Assembly: GCF_006345805.1 (NCBI RefSeq)
Contig: NC_043002.1
Coordinates: forward strand, 97,216,001 to 97,280,000
Length of the DNA stretch: 64,000 nt
Origin: Octopus sinensis
Lineage: Eukaryota
Direction: 5' to 3'
Shown here: positions 39,805 to 51,740 of the stretch, piece after piece
How positions within the stretch are numbered: position 1 is the stretch's first letter
How the letters are laid out: every line of letters begins with the position of its first letter
Position numbers and translations under genes: made by a program
The notes under the pieces: model-generated
The model's input: only the letters and a program-made list of their open reading frames with translations
Told to the model about the DNA's origin: nothing
Databases searched by the model: none

Positions 39805-40170
39805 CGAAAGTCCTTTCTCAACGAGAAAATATGAACAAAGGCAAACCTTTGTAAGTTTCCCCTGTTTTCCTTTGGTATATAAGCCTGTTTGAAAAGTGGT
39901 GCGCTTATGCACTTACTATGTCTGAAAAAAAATATTTAGAATGATTATAAAGAAAATTATTTATTTAACTCAGTCAATGCCATGGCTCTGGTTGATTACA
40001 GACAGTTGTTCTGTTTCCATCAGTATGTGGAACCACGACGTGCAGAAATGCCGCACATAATAATCGTTGATAGAATAACCTTTTGTGTTGAAGTATGTTG
40101 CACTAGATTAGCTTAGAATATGTAATGTTGTGTTTCAGGAAAATTTCTAAAGACGATGAAATATATGAGA

Positions 40171-40735
40171 CTAGCAGTACCGCCCGGCGTTGCTCGGGTT
40201 TGTAAGGGAAATAACTATATAAGCATTTTTAGAGAGTTATAGCCAAAAAATAGCAACAAAAATGCATTAAAAATGGAAAAAAAATATGGTAAATTTGTTT
40301 TTAAATCGTTGACTCATCGTAGACATTTTCTGTTTTGGTGTCTTCAAGCCATGAAGTCGCTGTTCTAAAAGAACGCTGGTCTCCTTGACAACGCGTTACG
40401 ATGTTGATTTCCTTACACTCCCTTCCCCACAGCTTCACGAGGGAGGGAAAAAGGGGGAGAAGCAACACAGGTGCAGGCGTGAGCGTGGACGCCAACTCCG
40501 CCGTCATCGACACACGAAAAAGTATGCATTAAAATGGAATAAAAAATGATGTTAAATTATTTTTAAAATCGTAGACTCATCGTAGATGCGCGCTAATACC
40601 CAGACGGGCTCGATATGAATCACGACTATAAGATACCCGAATTTGGTTAAACTGCACCGCAAAATGTGGGAGTAGTTAGGAATCTAAATCGAAGGGGACA
40701 GACACTCACACAACTACAGTTTTATATATATGAGA
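40171..40735 (-). mobile_element. Non-autonomous Helitron-like element
   Basis: Minus strand starts TC(TCATATATATAAAA), ends with hairpin CCCGAGCAACGCCGGG then CTAG; sits between A and T; internal ~65-bp duplication (about 40258 and 40520). Confidence 0.8.
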
Positions 40736-40919
40736 TTTGAAAATGGCAACAGAAATTTTAGGTAATGTGGTGGAACTGTAATTTAGGCCAGATGATGTCG
40801 TAGTGTTATTAATGCAATGGCAGGTGTTACGTCATCTACGAACACATTTTAAAATATCTGGGTATGACTAGGCTCTATGGAGTTGTTAATTATATGTGTA
40901 CATGTCAGTATGTACACGT

Positions 40920-41110
40920 ATTGGACTGCGGCCAAGCTGGGGTGCCGCCTCGAACGGTTTTAGCCGAACAAATCGATTCCAGTGCTTATTTTTTTAACTC
41001 TGGTACATTTTAACCTTGTGTTTTACTGAACCGCTAGGATGCGAGACGTAAACAAACCAACATCCACTGTCAAGTCGTGTGGTGGCACAAACATTGATAT
41101 AAAGATACAC
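40920..41110 (-). mobile_element. SINE family C 3' portion, diverged
   Basis: Aligns with 30220-30353; followed by a TA/CA microsatellite. Confidence 0.65.
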
Positions 41111-41300
41111 ACACATGTATGCATGTGTGTGTATAAGTATGTAAATATGTATATATACATATATATATATATATGTATGTATGTATTTATATATATGTAT
41201 GTATATATATGTATATATACATATATATATATATACACACACATATACACACACATACACACACATATATGTGCGTGTGTGTGTGTGTAAAAAATATATA

Positions 41301-41728
41301 CACTGGTCCCAAATTTTGGTATTGAGAATTACAATAACGCCAGAACAGGGTCCCATTGCGTAGTGCCAAAGATTCCAATTTTGCCATCAAAATATAGGAC
41401 AAGATATTGTAACACCCCGGGCTCTAAAGGACCACAATTTTTCAATATCCTCCCGAAAAACCTGAAAGACCTCCATGGGTTGGATGTAGGTGTCTTCAAA
41501 ACGAAACTAGATCTATTACTGTCAAGAGTCCCAGATGAACCAACTTCACAGCAGGAAGTGCAAATGAGAGCAGCGGCGTCAAACTCCCTTATGCACCAAA
41601 TGTCAATTTCCAAAATGGATTAGTGAAGTATAAGCTATGTAGCAAGACCAAAAGTCGGTGCCCCAGCGGGGGAAAAGCTCATGAGCTAAAACTGGTTCAA
41701 TTCATTCACTTCAGTTCAATTCAATTCA
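41301..41728 (+). mobile_element. CR1/L2-group LINE 3' end with (TTCAA)n-like tail
   Basis: KGPQFFNILPKNLKDL...FKTKLDLLLSRVPDEP...AASNSL then a 3' UTR ending TTCAATTCAATTCA. Confidence 0.8.
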
Positions 41729-41757
41729 TATACATATATATATATATATATGTGTGT

Positions 41758-41819
<62 letters not shown>

Positions 41820-42615
41820 TGTGTATTGTATATATATATATATATGTGTGTGTATATAATCCAGACATGAACAAAGAGAAGACAATAACGCGAGGATGTG
41901 GAATAAGTATAGTGTTATTGGACGCTCAGGATACGAGAGAAAGGAGGATTTAACGTTTAGAGCGGAGCTCTTCGTCAGAAACATAGAAAAAGAAAGGTCC
42001 AAGGAAGGGAAGACGGAGAAAGAAAATCGCCCACAAAACACACGCGGTCACATATAGATAGATCAACAAAAAGTACTCCATCCAGTGAGAGATAAATATC
42101 ATTAAATGCAAAGAGTATAAAGATACGATCTGCAAATGTTTTCTTGTTTGTCTAAGTAGTTTATATAATACAACTTGTGTCTCCGCGTTTCCTCCAGTTA
42201 AAAACTATTAGTGGCTCGCATCTTTACATTCTATTTACATATATTGAGAGAGAGAGAGAGGAAAAGAGAGAGACGAAGGGCTTCTACTCAGTTTCTATCT
42301 TGTTAATCTGTTCACAATGCATTGGTCGGCCCTCAGCCTAGTAGGAAATAATTGCGCAAGATGCTGCGTACTGGAAATACGAGTATATTATGATTTGTGT
42401 ATTTCACGAATGAAACGAATAATGTTGGAAGAGACCACTTGCTGCGAGTTGTGCTAGCTGTACGCACGACGTGGTTTTGAGAGTACATGTGGTATATGGT
42501 ATATTCTACTGTGGTTTTTACATTTAAAACAACACTCATGCGGGATTGTGTGTGAGAATGATATATGGCATATATATATATATATATATAATATATATAT
42601 AGATATATATATATA

Positions 42616-43234
42616 AATTAGAAAAAACACCTTTTATCAATTCAAAATGAACAATTAAATTACCCATCTAGAAAATTACATTTAATAGAAATATTAAATT
42701 AAAATAACAAAAATACCAATGATTAAGTGAATTGCAAAAAAAATAATAAAAACGTATATAATTGGTAGAATAACGACATGTGTTTCGTGGCTATATTTTA
42801 GAAATGATTATAGTAAAAAAAAGTAATAGTAGTAGTAAAATCACTTCGATATAAATATAGCCACTCATCAGGTTAAAAATAAACTAGAATAATAAAATAA
42901 TTAATTAACAAATATACTTTAATAAAAATAGTAAAAATAGAATAATAAGTATTATCTGTTCATCAAAACTACCCGGACCCTACATCAAGCCGTACGCGAT
43001 TATCAATATTATTATCATTATCATTACTATTATCACCCTTACTATTATCCTTATTAATATCATTATTAATTATTACCATCACTACCACTAACCCAAACTA
43101 CAACAAACCGCCAACTATCGCCAAATTTATTCACAGCCGACTAGCCCCCTACCATTCAACCCTAATAATTAATTTTAATGTATTTAATAATTTAAGTATT
43201 GTTTTAGTTTTCACTTAATGTATATTTAGTATTT

Positions 43235-43235
<1 letters not shown>
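42616..43235 (-). mobile_element. AT-rich element between two (TA)n tracts carrying a canonical hammerhead (PLE-terminus or retrozyme-like)
   Basis: Bounded by (TA)n at about 42571-42615 and 43236-43271; contains motif 42771-42875. Confidence 0.6.
42771..42875 (-). ncRNA. Canonical type-I hammerhead ribozyme with 12-bp stem II and 54-nt loop
   Basis: UAAC-CUGAUGA-GUGGCUAUAUUU[54 nt]AAAUAUAGCCAC-GAAA-CA[CA]UG-UC-GUUA; all core positions canonical, GUC triplet. Confidence 0.88.
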
Positions 43236-43274
<39 letters not shown>

Positions 43275-43473
43275 TTAAAACTTCACATTATTTCCATTAT
43301 CTACATTCCAGTGGCGGGGGTTTGTATCTTTATAAGACACGAGTTTCTTCCCCAGAGTAAGAATTTAATTTATTAAAAACAGAAGCTAACATTACGTACT
43401 TACATAAACTGCAAGGATCATAAGTGTTCCGCACCAGAGATTGTTGTACCCACGGTGAAGAAACAGTTAGGTG

Positions 43474-43505
<32 letters not shown>

Positions 43506-43509
43506 ATAT

Positions 43510-43667
43510 CATTAGCCACTATACACATTTTTTTCTCTCCTTGTTTTTTCTGTGTCCCTTTCTGTAGAAGAGCGTAGGCTCGAAACGTAAAAGACTTTTC
43601 CTATTCCTGAGTGTTTGTTTTGTACTCCACCTGTCTTCATCTTTTGCTTTTTTCGTTAACTCTCCCC

Positions 43668-43668
<1 letters not shown>
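43510..43668 (+). mobile_element. Short hammerhead-bearing element between microsatellites (family of 4624-4828)
   Basis: Hammerhead 43557-43594: CCUUU-CUGUAGA-A-GAGC[GUAG]GCUC-GAAAC-GUA-AAAGA. Confidence 0.78.
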
Positions 43669-43727
<59 letters not shown>

Positions 43728-43909
43728 GTGCGTGTGTGTGTGTTTGTGTATGTATGTATTCAACTTATTTTTTTTCCTTACACGTTCAATAACAGAGCCA
43801 GATACTTCATCTCCATTTTATAAGTTGTTTCTCATCCTCTTCTACACAGGCATTCTACGTAATCAAGTAGGCCAACTAACTTGTGTATATAAACACATAG
43901 CTAGCTAGC

Positions 43910-43989
<80 letters not shown>

Positions 43990-44748
43990 AAGAGATACGT
44001 GGATACATACGTACATACACTGAAGATAAATAAAAGTAAGATGATGCGAGAAAAATTTAATAAGAAATGGCAATGTAAACATACTTATTAAAAATAAACG
44101 CTATACAAACTTGTTCATATTGAATATATTAAAATATTTTAATGTATTATTTATCTAACAATGTAAAGAGCAAGTTGAAGGTAGGAGAAATGTCAATATA
44201 ATTTTAATAGTTTGAAAGCATAGAAGATAGGTTTTCTGGGGGTTATAGATCAAAAGCGTTTCAAACAGATGTTACCATGTAATGAGGCCCACATCTTCCA
44301 TTGTAGCCTCACCCAATCTGCTATTTTTGAACTGTGATTGCGTACGTGATCTAATACAAAAATTACAACGTGATAGAGCGTAGCATAAGTGACAAGATGG
44401 CAAAAATCGTTGGCACGTTGGACGAAATGCTTAGCGTCGTGTGTCATTTTTTCCGGCTTCTTACGTTTTGAATTCAGATCAAACCGTGGTCAGCTTTGTT
44501 TTTTCATCCCTTCGGAGTCGATATAAAAACATCTATCAAGTAGTGGGGACGATGTAATCGACTAGACTCCCACTTTTGTCCTATTCAGATGTCATCTTTG
44601 TTACATATACGACTTAAAAATCGCAGTGGCAGGAGTGACAGGTTCCGCTCCACTACGTAGTACCTTGGGCAGTTGTGTGTGAGTGAATTTGATAGACGGA
44701 AAATTGAAAGATGCCAATTGTATGTATGTATGTATGTATGTATGTATG

Positions 44749-44806
<58 letters not shown>

Positions 44807-45155
44807 TAAATAAAACATATGCATATATATAAACATATGTGTACGTACCTACCTCTACATGTACATATACACGCATATATGAGTACAGGACACCAAAAAG
44901 ACGTCGAACACAATGAGAAAGGAAAAAATAAAGAAATAAACCCAAGGAACTAGACATTTTTTTAAAACAACAAAAAAGAAAGTACAGGACAATTAACACA
45001 AAGAAAAAAACCCTTCTTCAGTTGCTATGGTTTCATCTACTCTACGTTTCGAAGGTATATATATATATACCTGAGTAAGCACATAAATGCGAAGCATGGT
45101 GGAAAGAATAGTATTCGAATACCAAAGGTAGAGAAATTTTTATAAAGCAGCAAAC

Positions 45156-45258
45156 ATATCACAAAAACGTTCCCGTTTGTCGGACAGTTTTTTCCATTCT
45201 ACACAAAACTGTCCGACGAACGGAAACGTGAAACTCTCAGTAACAGTTTTTGTGATAT
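45156..45258. repeat. Nested inverted repeat / fold-back remnant
   Basis: ATATCACAAAAAC 45156-45168 vs GTTTTTGTGATAT 45246-45258; CCGTTTGTCGGACAGTTTT vs AAAACTGTCCGACGAACGG. Confidence 0.8.
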
Positions 45259-45973
45259 TTTTGCTTACCAGCCACATGGTTCCGGGTTCAGTCCCACTGC
45301 GTGGCACCTTATATATATATATACATCATTTATATACAAGAAAATATTACATTCCAATATTTCGAATTGCACATTATGCTTACAAAGAAACAACTCTTTC
45401 TTTGCTCATAAACTGTATTTAGATGCTTCCAACCGCATTAATAAGATGGTTCATGGTGTCAGGAATCTTAATTTATATTCTTGTCTATCATAATTAACGT
45501 GAAGAAATACACCTAATTAAATAGTACGTAGTTTGTGATTCAATTACCATATATAGAGAGAAATACAATTGTGAACAGACTTGGCTTTTAAATTACAAAG
45601 GATAGGTGTAATTTAATTAGTGAAACAAATAAAATATTCATTTGACAAAAACCAATTCATCAATTCATAACATACTTAAACTCATTGTGTAAAAGGAAGA
45701 CGGAAGATAGTATTAGCTGTATACAAAAGTTTAATTAAAAATTAGCAGTAAAAAGGAGAAATTTGCAATCTACCACTACATACTAAATCATGTGCAGAAG
45801 ATGATATATAGATAAGAATCTAATATATAAATGAGTGTTTATTCATTTACATGCATTTATTTGACGATTTATATATTTAATCCTGAATGTCATTATTTCT
45901 TGGTATCTGTTCATAAAGCAATCCGAAGTAAAATTAAACGTAAAAGAGTTAGGTGTATTGCAGTAATCGCTTG

Positions 45974-46288
45974 GTGGAGGCGCAATGGCCCAATGGTCAG
46001 GGAAGCGGACTCGTGGAGGATCGCGGATTCGATTCCCAGACCGGGCATCGTGTGTGTTCATTGAGCGAAAACAACTAAAATCTCCGCGAGGCTCCGGCAG
46101 GGGCTGGTGGCGACCCCTATTGTACTCTTTCGCCACAACTTTCTCTCACTCTCTCGTCCTGTTTCTTGAGTAACGCTGCGATGGACTGGCGTCCCGTCCA
46201 GCTGGGGGGAACACATACGCCACAGAAACCGGGAAACCAGGCCCATGAGCCTGGCTAGGCTTGAAAAGGGCGAAAAAGAAGAAGTAGA
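45974..46288 (+). mobile_element. SINE family B, tail type 2 with (GAA)n end, 12-bp TSD
   Basis: TSD AGTAATCGCTTG at 45962-45973 and 46289-46300. Confidence 0.92.
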
Positions 46289-46439
46289 AGTAATCGCTTG
46301 ACCTCCGAGAAATCCCTGCAAAATATACTAAAGTCGCATACTGTTGTTTTCCTTTTGATATAAAAAGAAACGATGTCTCGATAATGTAGTCTTGGACGCA
46401 CATTTCAGTATTAGAAATGTTGAGTTAATTTCATTAGCG

Positions 46440-46700
46440 AAGGCCTCGTGGCAAGGGTTTTTTTCTCGCGATCACAAGGTGGTGGTTTCGATTTCTGGAT
46501 CAGTCGGTGGGTTCTGTTCTTGTGCAAAACACTTCATTTCGCGTTGCTTCCGTCCACTCAGCTGTGAATGAGCAACCCTGCGATGAACTGGCGTCTCGTT
46601 GAGGGGGAATGTTGTGATGTCGGTATGGAACACACCATGGAGACCGGATAATCAGTCCAGTGAGTGCCCCGGGGTTGTTGATGATGATGATGATGACAAT
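46440..46700 (+). mobile_element. Diverged tRNA-derived SINE with (GAT)n tail
   Basis: GGTTTCGATT B-box remnant, TTCTTGTGCAAAACACTT...CACTCAGCTGT central domain as in 4234-4593. Confidence 0.65.
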
Positions 46701-48289
46701 GATTCATGATGCAGAGCACTTCCACAACAAAAAACTGTATGATCATGATTTGAAAGCCTATGAGCATATGCTTTGTTAGTGAGCTATTACTTGCGGTTAA
46801 ACATCATCATCAACCATAACTTCTTGATGCTTTAACGATAGTGGGTCTTTTTATTGAAAGCAGACACGAAATATCAAAGAGAAAGAAATTTGGAACTTAA
46901 TAAATTTATGCTGTTCCCAACGACATTTCAAATGCAAATGAAATCAAATAGCTTCGACTGGAAATCAATATTATTTGACAGTATTAAATATATCTAGTTA
47001 TTTTCATTAGGCTTAGGTAAAAATAGCATGTTTTATTGAAATGTCATACTTTGGTAACATAAAGAATATTTTGATAAATATTGAAATGAGACTATGTTGA
47101 AATATTATGAATAATTTATTATAATTCAACATCAGGTAGTGACGATGGATATAGAGTCTCTGATGTCATTCCAACTCATAATATAGAAGATCATTTATTT
47201 TGAAATCGAACCCTGTTCAAGGTTAAGTTAACCAAGAAGTCAGTCAAATTCTAGTTTCGGTTTATATTAGAAAATATAAAGCATCGTTCTCGATCCCTCT
47301 GGTTTCATAGGGGCCAGTTTTCCGGTTTCTGTGGCTTATATATATTTACCCCACTGGATGGTAGATATATGGACTCGGGGTTTCTCATTTTTGCCTGTTG
47401 AGTGGACTGGAGCAATCTGAACTGAAGTAATTTGCTGAGGAACACAACGCATCAACCGAGCCAGGAATTTGAAACCGCAATCTTACGATCAGGACTCCAA
47501 TACCTTTACCATTACCCTACACGCACCCACTTTGATTTATAAACTAATGCTATATTTTATGCAATCGCTTTATTTTCTCATTTACATATCAACTTACATA
47601 TTTCATTTCAACTCTCTGCGTTTTTGGTTTTTATATTGTATGAACATAGGTGTGAAAAGATGGTGCTAATAGAAGTGTTTGTAAAATTTCGTCTAACGAT
47701 AGTGATTGTATTGCGAATAGTTTTTCTATTGATTTTCTTGAAGTTGTACTTGTGTTAATATATGAAGCTTACGCTTACAGTTTATACATCAGTCGTACAA
47801 CCTATGTTTTTCTTTGAAGATATCCATACACATTCATTACTAATACGTTAATTTTTTAAGATGAGTGTATTACTATTTGCAAATAAGTAACTCACAGCTT
47901 TAACTTTCAATATCTTTACACGTTACTGCTTGGTAAAACTTGTTTGGCGTAGATAAAAATTTCCAGAGAGAAGGCACAAAATTCCAAATTTGTTCTAAAG
48001 GAATATTCGATATTTTAAGAGGATGCGAAATATTAAAAAAATATGTAGTTTGATTCGTGCCTTTTTCCTATAATTTTACTGTATAATTAAAATAATGGGA
48101 ATCAGGAATATTTTACTGATTCGATTTGCTGTTTAGAGGTAACTTGCTCGACAACGGTTGTCACAGAATATTTACTGGGATAAGCATGTCAAAATACTGG
48201 AGTTTTTTTCCAGTGTTTCATTTTCATGTCATTCATTTGACATGTGCCGTTATTTGATAATCCACTTAATCTAGGCCTTAGGTCTTCCT

Positions 48290-48710
48290 GTACCGTTCAC
48301 CTGTACATCGTGCAGCAAGACGCCTCCAATTATCCCAGATTTAAGCTAGTCATCTGTATCTTCCCGGGTGATGTTAAGTTGCTTCACATCTTGGGTTTCC
48401 CCATCATCCTCCGTGCCTCTAGCGGTAGTCATCGTATTGATGCCTTCTGTATTTATTCTGCTGTCAGTCGGAAAACATGGCCAACACATTTCGCTCTTTT
48501 TTCCTGAATCTCTTCTGAGCTACGCTGATTGGCTTTTCTCAACACTTCAGTGGTTGTGATTCTATCCCTGTAGATAATCTTGAGTATTCTTCATAGACAC
48601 CATCGATATAATGCATTCAACCCTGAGTGATATTCTCTGTCATTTTCCAAATTTTCTCCTGCGTAGACAGCTGTCGGCAGGACAAGACTTTGTACATCTA
48701 AATATATAGC
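48290..48710 (-). mobile_element. RTE-clade LINE 3' end, degraded
   Basis: Minus strand MYKVLVLPTAVYAGE, RILKIIYRDRIT..EVLRKA, GHVFRL, WRRLAARC. Confidence 0.75.
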
Positions 48711-49299
48711 ATATATATCCTACTTGATACCATATAAAGCCGAAACAGGAGGCAGTTTAGGAGATAGCTATATATAAGCACCTTAAAGCAGCCTATGGGC
48801 CTTCATCAGAAGGGACTAATGTTTAAGCTAATGTAAATAACTTAAATGCCAGCAACGAAAAGGAATTAAAAATTAGAGCATTATTACACATAAGGGAAAA
48901 CGATATTTTCAGGGGATAAAGAAGAATCATATCCGAATCTAAAAGGATATCCAAATGAAAATATCGAAATAGCGACATCGTAAATATAATTATCGAAATT
49001 ATAATACTTCGAAAACAAAACTACGGTAAGAAGTAATTGAGTTGAGAATTATCAGTTTATAATACTACACATAGAGTTTTCAGAAAATCGGTTTAATGAA
49101 ATGAAAGAAATTATAGAAATTTAGCTGTACGTGGGATTTAAGAAATAGAGTGGTGGAGAATTATTAATTTAAAACATTATTCACAGAGATTTCACAATAT
49201 GATCTTAATGAAATAATGAAGGAAATTACAGAATTTTAGTTGAACGTGGGGTTAATATGAAAAATAAAAATATATTAAGAAAGAAAAATGTATTAGCTG

Positions 49300-49700
49300 A
49301 AGTTTTAGTAAAATTACAATTATAATAGCTACAATGTTTGCTATCGAAACATTTGAAATTAGATGAATTCATTTTCCATGAAAAAATCGATTCCTCCAGA
49401 ATTAAATTATAGCCATCATTCAGTAAATTTATATTTATATATTTTTTAAATAAATGGATTAATCGCAAAAGAAAAAAATAATTTTTTTATCGTGTAAACG
49501 AATTCAAATATACCTGAAGATATAAAGATGTTTTTGACAGATACAAACATTTCATAAAGAAATCTTTCCAACATATTATTTAAAATTAAAAACAGAAAAT
49601 AATGAAATCTCGGTGAATGTTTTAGACATGGATATTTTTATTAAAAATAAAACAGAAATATTTCATGCATTATATGATAAAGGGGGATACTCAAATATTT
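49300..49700 (+). mobile_element. Degraded Penelope-like RT core (third PLE type)
   Basis: Remnants of GIP.G.NYS..ANLY, FKYT.RY.D, then PTYY/LKLKTENNEISVNVLDMDI...LYDK across frameshifts. Confidence 0.55.
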
Positions 49701-50020
49701 TATTTATTTTCAGAGTTAGAAGATTCATCTATTTTGAACAAATTTTATTCTTAAACAAATTAAATATTTGACACTTCTCACGTACTTGGAAGTAACATCC
49801 AGTACAAACTGTACATACACTCATATACCATATATATATATATATATATATATGAAACGCACGAAACTTTCAGAACTTGAGTCACTCTGCTACTGCTGCT
49901 TTATTAATAAAAATAGATATATACATGTTTTGAGTTCTATATATGTTGTTTGCATCACCATATATACATATTGATGTGTGTGTGTGTGTGTGTGTACTTA
50001 CATTCGCCAATACACTACAT

Positions 50021-50112
50021 CAGTGGTTTCCATCCCCGGACATCTTGTGGTCCGCAAAGACAGTAGTGCGGGTCGTGGAGTCCCGTGAGCTAAATTCAAA
50101 ATTTCATATATA

Positions 50113-50159
<47 letters not shown>

Positions 50160-50785
50160 GTAGCGTTGTAGATAGCTACATAGTTGAATGACATCCCTTG
50201 CCAGAAAGATCATAGAGTAACCCGACTTTCCTAAGTTTCTCGAAGCATCTGTGTCATGAGACGTGATTCTTAATTATTCAAGATTGGCGTTTCTCTTGGG
50301 AGTTTCTGGAATGTCTAGCTTTCCATTAATAAAAACAGCTTGCTAACCCAGCTTCTCGCTTCTTAGTCGATTAGACTTAGAGCCATTCACGCCGTTGCTA
50401 TGTACATATATTTCTCTATGCCCTCTAGCTGATATGACTGAAAGCCACCAAAGATTATGGCAGATGTGACTGAAAGACACCACTTCGCTGTTGTTCTATA
50501 TTTCCTATCTTTGAACTTCCTTGAAAGATTACTCCATTGAACTAGTTTCTATTTGATTCCATGAATTATCATCGATAGAAGAATTAGATATATTTTTATG
50601 CAGTAAATGTATAGATCTTGAATACATTTTTTTATCTCTGTATGGACTCTTGTAGTAGCATACATGCAGCCACATCAACACCTTGTACTGTATATATATT
50701 TCATTACATATATATACATAAGGATAAGCATTTCAAAAGGGGTCCGGGAAAAAGTTCATTTAAATTAAAGGGTTGGGAACCATTG
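50021..50785 (+). mobile_element. hAT (Buster/Charlie-like) MITE with nested insertions
   Basis: TIRs CAGTGGTTTCCATCCC / GGGTTGGGAACCATTG; 8-bp TSD CACTACAT 50013-50020 vs CACGACAT 50786-50793. Confidence 0.75.
50159..50406 (+). mobile_element. Possible solo LTR in (TA)n inside the MITE
   Basis: TGTAGC...GCTATGTACA ends (TG..CA), internal AATAAA, TA-repeat flanks. Confidence 0.4.
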
Positions 50786-51214
50786 CACGACATGAATGCA
50801 TAGCATATAATTTTTGTGACATAGGCACATGACCTTCCCATTGTTTTCAATACCAGATAAAATACAAAGTTAACACCTACGAGAATGGAACTCAGAACGT
50901 TAAAGATCTGGAGAAACGTAATTAAATCCTCAGGCCACAATTTCCTTCTCACCGAATTATTGTGTGGAATAAACTTATATTTAAGCAACAGTTCGATATA
51001 ATATTCATTTTAATTTTTGGCACAAGGCCAGGAAATTTGAGGTGAGGGGACATGTTGATTACATCGAACATCGACTGCATTACTTTACTAATACATTATT
51101 TTATCAAACACGAAAGTAAAAAAAAGAAAAGGTAAATTAACCTCGGCAGGATTTGGACTTAGAACAAAAAGAGTTGAAAGAAATACTGCATGGCCTTCAT
51201 TTTTCCTATTTTTA

Positions 51215-51740
51215 AAATTGGTATCTTAGCCCTGATAGATAGACATTTCCCAGTCAACCATACTTACAGAAAGCTCTTCAATAGACACAACTTAAAAATC
51301 AATTTCAGCTCAGCTACCAATTTTAAAAACATAATCGCACACAACAAACAAAAACCACAATACGAAACCAGCTGTTCATGCAGGGATAAAAATTTGTGCC
51401 CGCTAAATGGAGCTTGCATGTCCGAGACCATTATTTATAAAGCCACCGTGGAGTATATATCCACTAAGAAGACGGTTTCCACGGAGAAATACGTGGACCT
51501 TACAGAGGGTATTTCAAAGCCAGGTTCAATAATCACACCTTGAGCTTCAGGTACTGAGATAAAAGGAAACCGACCAAATTATCCAGTCATATATGGTCAT
51601 TAAAAGATAAAGGTGTCAGTTACAACATCCATAGGAAGATCTTAGCCAAGTGTAAGCCCCAGACCAATGGCAGTGGAAAGTGCGGTCTATGTGATATGGA
51701 AAGATGGCTCATCTGGAAAAGCAGCTTAGACCCCGCTACA
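51215..51740 (+). mobile_element. Penelope-like linker + GIY-YIG fragment (second PLE type)
   Basis: LIDRHFP..H...KLFNR, CSCRDKNLCPLNGAC, IIYKATV, YVDLTEG, then after a frameshift FKARFNNH..SFR, TKLSSHIWSLKDKG, KCGLCDMER. Confidence 0.88.

Noticed and set aside
48720-48815. Opposed hammerhead-like halves (plus GCCGAAAC; minus CUGAUGA-A-GGCC..GGCU) upstream of the PLE RT remnant
   Set aside because: Each lacks its partner core strand; too decayed to call.
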